From Callorhinchus milii (Eukaryota): a stretch of 64,000 nucleotides of DNA. Below, in pieces: positions 50,216 through 62,952 of the stretch. The stretch is taken from contig NW_024704743.1 in the NCBI RefSeq assembly GCF_018977255.1, forward strand, positions 93,684,001-93,748,000. Direction: 5' to 3'. A program made the translations under genes and the position numbers. The notes below the pieces were generated by a model. It saw only the letters and a program-made list of their open reading frames with translations, ran no database searches and was not told the DNA's origin. Every line of letters starts with the position of its first letter. The stretch's first letter is position 1.

Positions 50216-50582
50216 TGTTATTGTTATCATTTCCTGAATGCAAGGCTATGATGAACTTGAACTCTGGCAGTGTTGGTGTCTCCTTCATTATTTGAGAATA
50301 TCAATAAGTTTTTCACCAGCAGTTAGTGAGGAGTTGCCTGTGAGGCATCATCAACAACAACAACTTTCATTTATATTGTGCCCTCTACTCAGGATAGTGC
50401 CACAGAATGTTGTACAGAGAGAAGTGTTGAATGCTGAGCAAGGGAAAAGGGGAGGAAAGAGGTCAAGTCCAGGGCAGAAGTCCCATCCTAGTTATTTGTA
50501 TAAATTGTTTCTTCTAAGAGACTCTTCTCAGGGAACAATATTTACTCGTCAACAAAGGTAAGTGCAGAGTTTATGATATAAA

Positions 50583-50901
50583 AATAATAATAATAATAAT
50601 CCTTGCATTTGATATAGCGCTTTTCACGTCTTCTAGACATCCCAAAGAGCTTCACAGAATATACTGTAAAGTGAATTGACTGTATATTTGTGGGCAAACG
50701 CGGCAGCCAATTGCGCACAGCAGCGTCTCACAAACAGTCATGGATTGAAAATGACCAATTTTAAAATTGTTTTTTTTTTGGAGGGATTATTATTAGGTGT
50801 GTGGAGTAAGGAAACTTGCCCAAGGTTTCGCCCTGCCTGGAATTGAACTCAGGTCTCTCACTTGCAAAGCGAGTGCTCTAACCACTGAGCTACAGGACTC
50901 C
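50583..50901 (-). mobile_element. Young tRNA-derived SINE, subfamily A, full length
   Basis: Reverse complement of the 47190 copy with few differences. Confidence 0.94.
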
Positions 50902-50914
50902 ACAATTTTACTAA

Positions 50915-51240
50915 TCCTAATCCTTGCATTCAATACAGTGCCTTACCATATCATTGAGGCGTCTCAAAGCGCGTCACAGAATATACTGTAAAGTGAATTG
51001 ATTGTATATTTTGTGGGCAAAATGCCCACAAACAGTCATGGATTGAGTGACCAAATTGTTTTTTTGAAGGGATTATTACCCCTGGAAAGCAATCCGCCAA
51101 TTGACTAACAACTGAGTTCCTACTTACTGATTGGTAAACAGTGAGTAGAAAGTTTTGCTAAGGTTTCGCCCCACCTGTAATTGAACCTGGGTCCTCTTGC
51201 TTGCTAGGCAAGTGCACTAACCAATATGTTACAGGAGTCC
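50915..51240 (-). mobile_element. tRNA-derived SINE, subfamily B, in tandem with the previous copy
   Basis: Contains ttgactaacaactgagttcctacttactg and a decayed tRNA-like head. Confidence 0.85.
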
Positions 51241-51616
51241 ACTTGGGAAGTCTTAGAATAAGTGCAGATAAGATGGCCTCCTTCAGGCAAGAAAGTTATG
51301 TCCTACCCTTTAGAAGTATAAAACTATCCTGATATTACCTGGAGAGCTCCAATTCTGCATTTCCTGTTATCTGATCTCAGTTCTTTTCTCCAGTGTATCA
51401 CTTGGTCTTTAGCTGCAATGTATTATGATTTTAATTTATTGCACATTGTAAGACAAGTGCTGCTTTCACTTTGATTTTATAAACTTCAATATTTGTTTTT
51501 GAAAGATTAAATATATAACACTCAAACTGTAATGTATCAGGCACAGAATCAGTGCTGTGGTGATGGAGAATAGAACAACAATCTTCTCTGTCCAGAAAAA
51601 CTGGAATAGCTTTGCC

Positions 51617-51890
51617 ATGTGGCAGCCAGGCTCAGCTGGTAGCATTCTTGCTTCTGAGTCGGAGGTTGTGGATACAAGCTCCATGTCCAGACTTTAATTC
51701 AAATAGTCTAAGTTGACATTCCAATGCGGTGCTGGGTGGGTGGGTGGTGGGGTGGAGGGGTGGTTGCATTGTCGGAGGTGCTGTTGTTCGAATAAGACAT
51801 TAACCTGAGGTCCCATCTGACTGTTCAGGAGGATGTTAAAGATCCCATGGCACTATTTGAAAAGAAGGAAAGTTGCTTCTCTTGACCTGT
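51617..51890 (+). mobile_element. Deu-domain SINE 5' part
   Basis: cagccaggctcagctggtagcattcttgcttctgagtc head and gttaaagatcccatggcactatttg core. Confidence 0.85.
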
Positions 51891-51892
51891 TT

Positions 51893-52310
51893 ACAACAAC
51901 AACAAGATTTAATTTATAGAGCGTCTTTCACATCAGGAGGACGTCCCAAGGCGCTGAACAGTTGGGTCAGGACCCGAGCAGGGGGGAAATGGTCAGGGTG
52001 AGGGGAGGGAAGGGAAGGGAGGGAGCGAGGAGGGGGTAGAGAGTCGAGAGGGGAGCTGAAGGCACGGTCAAAGAGAAAGGTCTTTAGACCGACCTTGAAG
52101 GAGAAAAGGGAGGAAGCAAGACGAAGGCACTGGGGGATGGAGTTCCAGAGCCTAGGGGCTGAGAGGCTGAAGGCCCGGCCACCGATGATAGGGCGGTTAG
52201 GATGTGGAGCAGACCGGAGCCAGAGGAACGGAGGATACAGGCAGGTAAGTAGGGGGGATAGTAGGTCGGAGAGGTAGGAGGGAGCAAGGCCGTGAATGGC
52301 CTTGAGGTGA
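51893..52310 (-). mobile_element. Young L2 3' fragment (same subfamily as 32688)
   Basis: [51 protein letters not shown]. (CAA)n tail. Confidence 0.95.
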
Positions 52311-52315
52311 GAAAA

Positions 52316-52395
52316 GGTCATCATCACCTTCTCAGGGTTACTAGGGGATGGGCAATAAATGCTGCCCTCATGTATAAAGTCCACATCCTGAGACA
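52316..52395 (+). mobile_element. 3' tip of a different LINE family
   Basis: catcaccttctcaggg..taggggatgggcaataaatgctg..ccacatcc resembles a LINE 3' end that I recall from shark genomes. Family not verified. Confidence 0.45.
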
Positions 52396-54239
52396 CAACC
52401 CCCATTTAAAATGTACCACAGAGACCCAGAAGCAGATTACTTACCCATCCTATCTATTGAGAAGGAGTGGCTGATATAAAAATGGTGAAAAAAACAAATA
52501 ACTTTAAAAAAAATGGGAAAACACAAAGACCAGGCGAAAAGAGGCATGGAACACCCTTAGACAGCAGATATAACCATTGGTTAAAAAGAAGGAATATATC
52601 CTCTCCAATAAAATGAAACTTCATACATCTTAAATAATACACACCAGAGAGAGCTTTAAGACTGTAATCTAATCTCTGGACTCAGACAATGAATATAAAC
52701 CACTTGAGAGTCACTTGTTTGGTTTATGATGTCAGCTGACTCCCTTCGATTAGATTATAGCCCCCAGTAATTACTCCCAGTTATTCATTATTCCATTTCA
52801 ATACTATGCAAAATATGTGAAACAGAGAATTACTGCAAATAACTGGACCTAAGAAGGTGATCTCAGTCATCAATCCCATCATTATGTCAAGCACCTCTCT
52901 GCACTGGCAGCAAATGTGAAGCTACTTAATGTATTGTCTTCTGCTGCTGCGAAACGGAAACCACAGAGTGTGGTGCTAGTGATTACGAAATGGCTCTCAG
53001 AGTGATATCCTGTATATTCCAAAGGCAAATGGAACTTAAATGGGGGAATTTACTGCTTTGAAAGAGGGTGTTATAATGAATGTTGCATAAGCCAATAATA
53101 TGGAGCCAATTAATTCTCTGCACAGCACCAGTCTGTTGTGCAAAAGCATTGCATACTTTGTCGGAAATGGTGCTCAATTGGTCTAAATTATGAAGTGGCT
53201 TGAGGTTACGAGCATCCCAATATAATTGGGAAAGTTTCCTGGAATAAATCCCAGGGTGAAATACTGTTGGAAATTCTCCAATGATCAGATTGAGGTTTGT
53301 AAATTTTCTTCAACTGTTTTTGGAGTCTTAAGGAATGCTCCGAAATTAATGGCAGATCACCACAGCTGATTGCTTTGTTTGATAAGGTGCCAGAGTGGTG
53401 GCTGCTGTGTTAAAAAAAACAGAAGGGGGTTTATTCCACTCATACATTTCACAATTCCCCTTCACAGGATTACTGTGGGCTTTGAGCAATTGTTGGGCTT
53501 GTGTGGAAAATGGTCCCCAGTTGCTTTCCTTTCTGTCGCGTTAAATGCCGCGGAACCTCTGTTACCTAAGCCAGTTCAATCAGAACAAAGGAGGGTTTCA
53601 GCCCTCAACGTTCAGCAGCTCTATAAAAGTATAAACTTTTTGTCTCCAATTTTTATTCACTTTAATTCCATTTGTGACGTAAAGTGTTAAAGGACAAAAT
53701 GCATAAAAAATTATTGTTTCAGTTGGGTAATAAAGTAGAGCTTTTGAGCCCACTCTTTCACGCAGTTTGTTTATCCAGAGAGATCTATTCTGTTTGTTTC
53801 CCCCGCAGGATCTGTCTTTTAAAGGGTGCCTCTAGAATAAGGGTTACCAGCGAACAATTTGATTCCTAATAACTGTCGTTAAGGAGTGAAATATATTTTT
53901 CCGTGTATGTTGGTACTAGTGATAAAAAAATACAGTTACGGGCACTGCTACAAATTCAAAACATCATTCTGCACAGTGGCTTGAAGTGTATTTTTATGAC
54001 ACAACAACTTGCATTTATATAGCGCCCCTCCTATCCCGGAGCACTTATGGCACTGCATTGATGTGCCCTTTGAAACTTTGAAACTCCCTCTTCAACTTCC
54101 CCATGGGTCATGAGGGTAAAGAACTTCAATGACTGTACCCCTATTGAAGTTTGGGAGTTCCAGGCATTTGGTGTTGTAGGACTGCATTGGATGCCAGCTC
54201 TGATCTCCATCCTTCTGCATGGAGAAGGATAGAGGATGT

Positions 54240-54269
54240 ATGATAATAATATGATAATATGATAATATG

Positions 54270-54300
<31 letters not shown>

Positions 54301-54302
54301 GA
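54240..54302. repeat. Degenerate (ATA/ATG)n microsatellite
   Basis: tgataataatatgataatatgataatatgatgataataat..ttattattat. Confidence 0.9.
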
Positions 54303-55069
54303 TCTGGGAAGAAGTTCTCAGAGGCAGGGGCAAGCAGGAACAGGATTCCCAGCAGCAATCGCAGATGAGTGACAGAGTCTGCAACATGCCCTGGTTCCCT
54401 TGTAAATCGATGTCATGGCCAGATTACTAGTACTATTGTGTATCCAGTCATGTCAAGCTGATGCATTGAAGAGCATCTGCTATTGGCCACACATTGTATT
54501 AAATGATGGATTTCTACATCATCCTAAACACTCTTCATGATACAATATAGGCAGACATTTTTGCTAAGCAGCTAATGTTTCTAGGGATTATTAGCCATTA
54601 TACATGCTTTATTCTTCTTCCGCAATATCAATAATATACATCCTCACAGTTCGAGCTCTATTTTTACATGGTACACAATTTGCCTGAAGCTGACTAGCAC
54701 GGAATTTTGGCCCTCCAAGGCGCTGTATTGTTCAACCACAAATATTTGAGGAAAATCCAATGAACTGACAAGGAATATTTTAATTGCCGTTTTATTGTAG
54801 TGAAAAACGAGCACTCGTGATGCAGACAGGGAACTATAAAAGCCACAATCACTTGGTTTATTTCTCAGCTCGTGTTTCATGGTGGTGGTGGTTTCCAGGC
54901 AGTTATGGTACAGTACATTGAGCACCGGTTTCAGTCAAATATAGTTGGCCCAGCTTACCATCTCACATAAGGACAGTCATTTCTTTCTGGTAAGTTATTT
55001 TGTTCCTTGTCTTCCACTTTTTTCTTTTGTCATATATTTCTTTGGATACTATTCTTCAGATAAGTGGGC

Positions 55070-55412
55070 ATTCAGGCAGCTCATAGTCTACGTTGACACT
55101 CCATTGCAGCGCTGGGGGAGTTGCCATCCTTCAGATGAGACATTAAATCAAGGTGCCATCTCCTGTTCAAGTGAAATGAAAATCACATGGCATGAGTCAA
55201 AAAGAGATTCTCCCAGTATTCTTGCAATGATCCCCAAAATAAAATTGGTCATTCACTTCATGGCTATTTGTGGGTTATTGCTGTGTGCAAGTTGGCTGCC
55301 ATATTTGCCCCAAAAATACAGTCACTACACTTTGCAGGATATCCTGTGAGACATTTTGAGACATTCTCCTGATGTGAAAAGTGCTATAACAAATGTAAGG
55401 ATTATTATTATT
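55070..55412 (+). mobile_element. Deu-domain SINE
   Basis: gccatccttcagatgagacattaaatcaagg core and aaatgtaagga(tta)n tail. Confidence 0.82.
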
Positions 55413-55986
55413 ATAAATTGTCCATTCACATTATAGCTGTTAGTGGGACATTGCTGTGTACAAATCAACTTGGATGATTATCTACAAATAACTGTGAATA
55501 ACCCTCCATTAACCCTACCTCACCATTCACTTTCCTTCTGTTTGACCTTTTCACACTGATTTAAGAATGTCACGGCCCCATTTGACAATTTTCAGGCACC
55601 AGGCTTACTGAGATCTCCTGTCTTGGAGGCAGAATGAGAGTCTAACATAAGAAGAAAGCAACCTAGTTCATTCTTCTTCTACTGCAATCAAAAGCTGATC
55701 TTCAACTTCAGGGCAGTGTTTCAATGCCTCCAACTGATCAATTGTATAGCCGTGAAGCCCACAATCTTTTAGGCCAAGGGAATCCATTGTGAAAAAACAC
55801 AAATTTCAACCCATTGTTTTAAAATTTAGGACAGTGTGAAGTTTGGAAAAGTCTTAATACTTCATGTAATTTAGGAGCCAGTTTTAAGTAATTCTTTGTA
55901 AGAGCATTTTGGCTCAACTAGCATTCTGCAAAAGCAGCATCAAAACACTGAAACTCAGTAAAATTTATTTCTCAGCCCACAACGGC

Positions 55987-56183
55987 TGTGTCAGCCTAGC
56001 TCAGTTGGTAGCACTCTCAACTTTGAATTAAAAGGTTGAAGATTCAAGCCCTCAGGTCAGAACTTTGAACTGATGTTGTCTAGGCTAAATACATAGTCAC
56101 TACTCTTTACAGTACCTCCTGTGAAACGCTTTGAGACATCCTTCAGGAATCAAAGGAGCTATATCAAATTTAAGAATTATTTA
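55987..56183 (+). mobile_element. Deu-family SINE with internal deletion (head joined to tail)
   Basis: tgtgtcagcctagctcagttggtagcactctc head followed directly by the 3' part. Confidence 0.78.
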
Positions 56184-58490
56184 TTCCTGACTGGGTTTCA
56201 ATGATGGTTCTCATGCAACTTTGTAAAGAGGGTTTGGAATAAGCCATTCTTCTGAAGTCAGGAGGGAGTTCATGCCTAAAACCAGTTGATAATTATTGAT
56301 GGAAATGTTACTGTTTCTTAACAAATCACATGAAATGCATTGTGAAAACGCCACATTGCCACCCCAACATTACCTCTGTAACATGTAGAATGCTAGTAGA
56401 CAGTGCTCAGGTACCTGTGCTTTTTGTGGTGTGTGTGAACTTTGCTTCTCACTTCTGTTTACTTCGCATTGCACCTGTTATTGAAGAAACCTGATCAGAA
56501 GGTCTTAGCAAACAATTCTGATCTAATCCAGCTCTTGCAGCAATGGACAAATCTTGTAATCTTTTTGCTTTGATCTCTATTTAGTCACATTTGCTTTAAA
56601 AAGATGATAACATTTTAAATAAATAAAAAGCAAGGTCAATCAGGCATAGTTTCAAATGAACAGCAGCAGTGGGTGCAGATCCCAGTCCGAAGACTGATCT
56701 GGATTTTGTCTTTGAAATGGTTTATATATATTATTGCTGGCTCAATAGCTGCAGGCGTTCAATACAGCGAATGCTGATTTGGAGAAGTGGAGTTTTTGTC
56801 TTGCAAGCCACTTTAGTATCTCAAACCCACCCCTCTAAGGCCTTGAGGCAATTTGGATTCCTCAATGGGTCTATTTACATGACCTCAGTAATGTTGATTA
56901 TCTGCCTATGGTCAACAAAATAGGAAAAAAATCATTATTCAAATGGAATTGCACACAGCAAGTTTTGTCAACTAGTCTTGAGCCACCATTTATTACTAAA
57001 TCTCAAAATGCAGTCAAGACGCATTTCTGAGCTGGTCTGTACTAGCCGTGAAACAAGAGAATAAAACTGCCATTTGCTCACAGGTTGGTTTCATCATTTA
57101 GCAACACCATTTATGCAAGCAGAAGAGAATCGATGGGTATATATAAAATTATATTTGTAAAGCGCCTTTCACTTGGGGAGGATGTTCTAAGGCGCTGAAC
57201 AGTCAAGGAATATGTGAAGGAAATAGGGGGGAATGGGGACTTATGTGAAGTACAGGTATGGACTGTTCGGGTCAAATGGCTTGTTTCCATGCCGTATCAC
57301 TCTATATAACTCTATATCGCTTGTTGCTTAAGATTACCACAATGCATATATTTGACACTTGGCTTTATCAAATCAAACATCTCAAAATACTTCATACAGT
57401 GAGATACTAGTATAGTAACTAGAACAATGGTGCCCACCGGAGTAATTGCTACTTGCCAGATGCAACATATTCAGCCTCATATATAACTCCTTCAGCTGGA
57501 CATTTATAGGATTTGTTTTAATATAAACCAAAAAAATACATTAGTGACCTTCAAGTGAGTCCATCATGTCTTCTTTTCAAACCATGTTTCAAAAAATGAT
57601 TCTTATGTTGGTATAGCAACTTTCGCTTCAGAAGGACATCTCAAAGTGCTTTACAGAATCCACTGTAAAGTGCAGTGGACTGCATTTGATTTTGTGCCAT
57701 GCTGCACATTGGAACATTGGAGGAACATTGGAGTAACCAGGGGGATGAAATATGGGAGACTCGAGCCTTCTCTGTTTGCATCAGCACTGAAGGTCACAAT
57801 CTGTCTGTACTGTTTCTCAATAGTGAAAATTTCGCTCCATTTATGTGAGGTGTCATTGCCCAGGAATGCAACGATTCAGTGTCTCTCTTAATGATCTGGT
57901 ACCAAAAAAGATTAAACACTTTGAATTGCAACATGTGTGGAATGAACAGAAATCACTCTACTGACAGTCATGTACTTTCCTGCAAACACTCTATCAAAAC
58001 TCAACACTCTTGAGTCCTGCATTTGTAAAGGATCTTTTGTAACCTGGTTTCCATGATGCAGTATCCTTACACTTTCTGTAGAAATTAATGTTATTGCTGC
58101 AGTCCCCTGGGTTGATGTTTCTCAAGACAAATATTATAAATAAAAAGATGTGAAACAAACCTGGTTTCAGTGCGGAAAGTTCTTGTCATTTCATGGAAAC
58201 AATCAATGGCCAATCCACTCATAAACACGGCTCTTTAAATTCACTTGTGCCTGAAGCGCTAGTGAATTATAGGTCATCACACTCATGAAATAGACCCTGG
58301 AAAAAAAACTCCACCATTAATGTGATATCCCAGATTTATTTCAGCTGAAATAAGATCTTGTCTGAATTAATGATTGGAGCTTAAAATATACTTTACTATT
58401 CACCGGCTCACCAGCGAGTCTTTAAAACATATTCAGCTTAACATGTGGCTTATTAACAGTTTCATTACTAGCTTTTCTCCACCACTGTAG

Positions 58491-58853
58491 ACTTTTGTTC
58501 ACAAAGTTCTCATGATTCTGCAAAGTTTCTCAGACTCTAAAATTATGTGGAAACGTTTTTCAGCGTGCAGTAGATCACAACTAGTCTTTCGAAGCAATGT
58601 AAGAACTGCAGAAAATAGAGTTCGGGATTTAAGATTAAAGTTAAGGATGTTCCAAAATACTGCACAATCTTATGCTTTATGACTGTGGGCTTATGGTTTA
58701 GACCATGCAAATATTTTGGGCCTGTGAGATGAACCGAATAAAAATACAGGAACCTCCTCATATCAGAAGTTTTGCAATTTAGAAACAAATCGAGCAGAGA
58801 AGAACATAAGACACACAGAAACTTTTGATAAAACATCTCATATTTCCCAAAAT
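58491..58853 (+). pseudogene. Exon-shaped 121-codon frame with two in-frame TGA (possible pseudo-exon)
   Basis: Acceptor cttttctccaccactgtag and donor AAT|gtaagt, phase 0-0. The only stops are TGA at 58680 and 58725. No homology recognised. Confidence 0.25.
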
Positions 58854-58939
58854 GTAAGTGTCCAATTAATAAGGGTTACTACTCACTATGAGAACTTCCT
58901 GAGGTCATTTGTTCATATAGCTTCTCCTTTCATCAATTT

Positions 58940-59385
58940 CACTCAGTTAGTAAAACTCTCACCTCTTTTTTTTTGGTCAGAAGATTTGGTTCTCTGAGTC
59001 AGAAGATTATGGGTTCAAGCCCTACTTTGAGACTTTAGCCCATAGTCTAGAGTAGAGTAATCCAACGCAGCTCTATCAGAGGTGCTGTCTTTCAGATGAT
59101 GCATTAAACCAAGGTCCTTTCTGCCTGTTCTTCAGGTGGATGTTATATATATATATCAATGAAATAACATCCCAAGACACTATTCAAAAATGCACTATTC
59201 AAAAAGAGGAAAGAGTTTCCTGGTCAAATATCCTCTAGGAAATTTGGTTATTCACCCCATAGCTGTTTGTGGGATTTTGCAGTGTGAAAACAACTGTTAC
59301 ATTTAACAACAAATTGACAGTAATTATGTGAAAGTAATTCAAGATGTTTGGACATGCTGAGGTGCCATAAAAAAAAATTCATATA
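58940..59385 (+). mobile_element. Deu-domain SINE, decayed
   Basis: ctctgagtcagaagattatgggttcaagcc head and gaggtgctgtctttcagatga..cttcaggtggatgtt core. Confidence 0.82.
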
Positions 59386-60833
59386 ATGAACAAAATTTGC
59401 CCAAACAATTTTGTGTGGAAAAGAATGCATGTCTACTTAATTTGTATAACTCCATTTCTATTTTCATTCATTTTTTTTAACAATTTTTTTGGGGAGGTTA
59501 TTCTGATTTGTTCCAAAGAATCTCCAATCCCAACAATGAAAACCCTTGTACTATCAATGGTCCTGAGTTACCACTGCAAAGAGAAATTCAATTGAATAGT
59601 AGTGGGTTTGAGCATTGCGAGTGGGAAGATGCAAGGGTCTGTATAGCAGCAGTGGTGATAAATATTGCTACCAATAGACTCAATTACTGCTACAATTTGA
59701 TAAAGCTGAGCAAAACATAGTTTTCCACTGTTTCAGAATGCCTGTAAATATCTGCTCAAAATAAATTGGAGTGGATTGTATGATCTGCAATACAATATGA
59801 TGTACAATGTGATTTACATTTAAATAGTGCCTTTGATATCAGGAAGACACCTCAAATTACATTTAAAATGTGGATAGAACCATGGGATGGAATTCACTGT
59901 CTTTTTATTGTTTCGTTTATCAATAAAAAAAATCTGTCAATAGATGGAGCTTTCCCTTCTCCAGGTAAATGGAATCACCTTCTACCAGCTTGCTCCACCA
60001 TCATTTTTTTAAAATCAACATTTTTTCAAATGTAATTTTTAGCTGTGGATTTGATTTTTAATATTTCATATTTGTATTCTGGGCTGGATCAACAACAACA
60101 ACAACAACAACAGAGTTAAAAGTTCTTTTTTTTTAAAATAGCAGTCAAGCAAACTAAAAGAGATTCCACTTCCCTGGAGACTGGTTCTCCACTTATTAAA
60201 TGTTTCTTAATTAGCACAAGGAATGCTAAAAGAAATGACAAATTCTCAATTGTTATTCCTCAATAGAAAACAAGTCATGCAGTCCAGTCCTTTGGTAGGA
60301 CAAAGTGACTTCTACAATTCTTACTCTGACTCCTTAAAATAATCTGGGCAGAATTTTCCTGTGCATGATGAGAATTATAACCATTCAGATATAAATTAAT
60401 AGATGTATCAGGCTGAATAATAAACTATGCAATAAGTTGTTTTGATGTCCTCCTGGATGCCATAAGATTCAGACAATCCTACAGCATTCAATGGCCTTGC
60501 AATGAGCAGGCAATGAGGTGCATCACAGGAGGATGTAAAGGAGATACATGAGTTTCCAACATAACACCTTTAATGACTTTAGCATCCAGCTCAGGATGAA
60601 ACGCCCAGAATTGGCAATGAGAATTGGTAAATGGAAAGGAGCATATAAGAAATGCCTCTGTAGTGAAATATTGGCGTTTGTGCTATAATGGTTTGGGAAG
60701 GTCAGAGCTCCTGGCAGGAGGCTGCAGCTGTTAGCTTCACTCACTGAAATTGGGCGAGACTACATTGTTGTGTCTCAGGGCAAGATGGTCAAAGTGGAAG
60801 AACTTTCATGCTAAATAAAAAGGAGGACTTTGT

Positions 60834-61140
60834 GCAGTCCTGTAGCTCAGTGGTTAGAGCACTCACTTTGCAAGCGAGAGAGCTGGGTTCGATTCCCGGC
60901 AGCGCAAAACCTTGGGCAAGTTTCCTTACTCCACACGGTGGATAATAATCCCTCAAGAAAAAAATAATTAATTGGTCACTTCAATCCACGACTGTTTGTG
61001 GGACACTCTTGTGTGCAATTGCCTGCCGTGTTTCACCCACCAATATACAATCAATTCACTTTACAGCATATTCTGTGAAGCGCTTTGAGACATCTAGAAG
61101 ACATGAAAAGCACTATATCAAATGCAAGAATTTTTTTTAT
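60834..61140 (+). mobile_element. tRNA-derived SINE, subfamily A
   Basis: cagtcctgtagctcagtggttagagcactcactttgcaagcgag..GTTCGATTCC, with the shared 3' end. Confidence 0.93.
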
Positions 61141-61234
61141 AAATAAAACTACAGTAATTTAATCAATCCATAATTCAGATCCACCCTGACAACCAGCACC
61201 AATTCTACAGTAATTTACTGGAGCCAGCAAAATC

Positions 61235-61550
61235 ACAAGATCACCAGGTCATGAGAGGATTGGATGAAGAAAACCCTGCGATCCAGTTGATCTCATTATT
61301 CTAGAACACCCACACTACCTTCCCCCCATCAAAGCGTCAAGCTGCTTCTTAAATGAGTCCCGGGTGCTGGCCTAAACCATCCTTTCCTGGCAAATTGCTC
61401 CAGTCATTAATTACCTGCTGAGTAAAGAAATACTTCCTGATGTCTATCCTGAAATTGACCTTTGCAAACCGGAATCTGAACCATATCATTTTCTGCAGCC
61501 ATGGTATATCTGAAAGTATTGTTCAAGGTTCACTTTCTCAATCCCATCTA
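61235..61550 (-). mobile_element. CR1 3' fragment, decayed
   Basis: aaagaaatacttcctgatgtctatcctgaaattg is antisense of F.IDIRKYFF; similar to 40020-40550. Confidence 0.7.
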
Positions 61551-61894
61551 AATCACACGAATAATATAATCACAACATAATATAGTCCCCATGACAGAAC
61601 CTGGATATTCATTTTGTAACCTGAACTGCAGAGTCATTCTTCCTTCTGTTTGTCCATAATCTACAACATGCAGATTTATTTACTGCCTCATATCACTCAT
61701 GGATCACATCATCATTGAAAATACATGTGATTCAATTAAAGGCTTTTTACATTGTTTCACAGTACGTGTTAATTGTTTTAATTAATCACTGTAATCTGCA
61801 GATGGATGAACTAATTTATAATGTTTGCTAACAAGATTCCTTAAGGAATCTCGTTAGAATGCTTGTTGATTCAAAGAAGCCTGGTCCTGATCCC

Positions 61895-62342
61895 CAACTG
61901 TTCAAGGCTTGGGATGTCCTCCCGATGTGAAAGGCACTTTACAAATGTAATTTTGTTGTTGTGGTCTTGCCCCACCCTACCTCTGTGACCTCCTAAGCCC
62001 CTACCAACCCGTCAGTTCCCTCCGCTCAGCCGGCTCTGGCTTGCTCCACGTCCCCCGACTCACCCTCCCCACCATTGGCGGGAGAGCCTTCAGCCACTCT
62101 GCCCCCAATCTCTGAAATTCCATCCCCCAGTAACTCCACCTCGCCCCCTCCTTAGCCTCCTTCAAGTCTCGCCTCAAGACCCTCCTCTTCGACCATGCTA
62201 TTGGCCACCCCCCTTCCCCTCCCCTCCCTTATCCCCCCAACCCCAGCTCGGGTCTGAAATCCTGTACTCTGTCCAGCGCCTTGGGAAGTCCTCTGTACAT
62301 GAAAGGCGCTATACAAATGTAATCTTGTTGTTGTCGTTGTTA
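61895..62342 (+). mobile_element. Two tandem L2 3' ends (tip 61895-61962, fragment 61963-62342)
   Basis: The first stem-loop and (TTG)n tail are followed directly by a 5'-truncated copy (GLAPPYL..) with its own stem-loop and tail. Confidence 0.92.
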
Positions 62343-62369
62343 TAGTTTGTGTCAGAGCAGTGCCCTTTT

Positions 62370-62952
62370 TGGGTCAGCGTATTGTACTCATAGTTACCGG
62401 ATGTGGGGGAGGAAGGATAATTGGGTTTGAACCTAATGCCTAGGTTGCGTACGGGTTCGGAGAGGTTTAGGGGCAGGTCGGGTAATTGAAGGAGGTGAGA
62501 ACCATGCGATTGAAGAGTATGGCTTCCATCTTGTCAACATTTAGCTGAAGGAAATTTGCGCTCACCCAGCTCCTGATGACTGATAGGCAGGCTGACAGAC
62601 CATCAGGAGACTGGGGGTCCAAAGTGAAGTGGAAAAATAAAGTTGGGGGTCATCCGCATATATGTGGAAGTGTACCCCATATCTGCGGATGACATCCCAA
62701 GAGGGAGCATGTAGATTAGGAAGAGGAGGGGCCGAGGATGGATCCTTGGGGTACCCCACAGGTAACCAGGTGAGAGCAGGAGGAAAAGCCGTTGGTGGAG
62801 ATGTACTGCTGGCGGTTTGTGAGGTCGGACTCGAACCAGGCGAGTGCAGTCCCACTGAGGTGGATGATGGAGGAAAGGCGGTGGAGGAGGATGGCGTGAT
62901 CGACTATGTCGAAAGCGGCGGAGAAGTTCAGGAGGATAAGGAGGCAGGGGGC
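62370..62952 (-). mobile_element. L2 RT internal fragment, decayed
   Basis: ORFs read CLLILLNFSAAFDIVDHAILL..GVPQGSILGP and FHIYADDPQLY. Confidence 0.93.

Noticed and set aside
58336..58353. Perfect 18-bp palindrome TTATTTCAGCTGAAATAA
   Set aside because: One such AT-rich palindrome in 64 kb is not clearly beyond chance.
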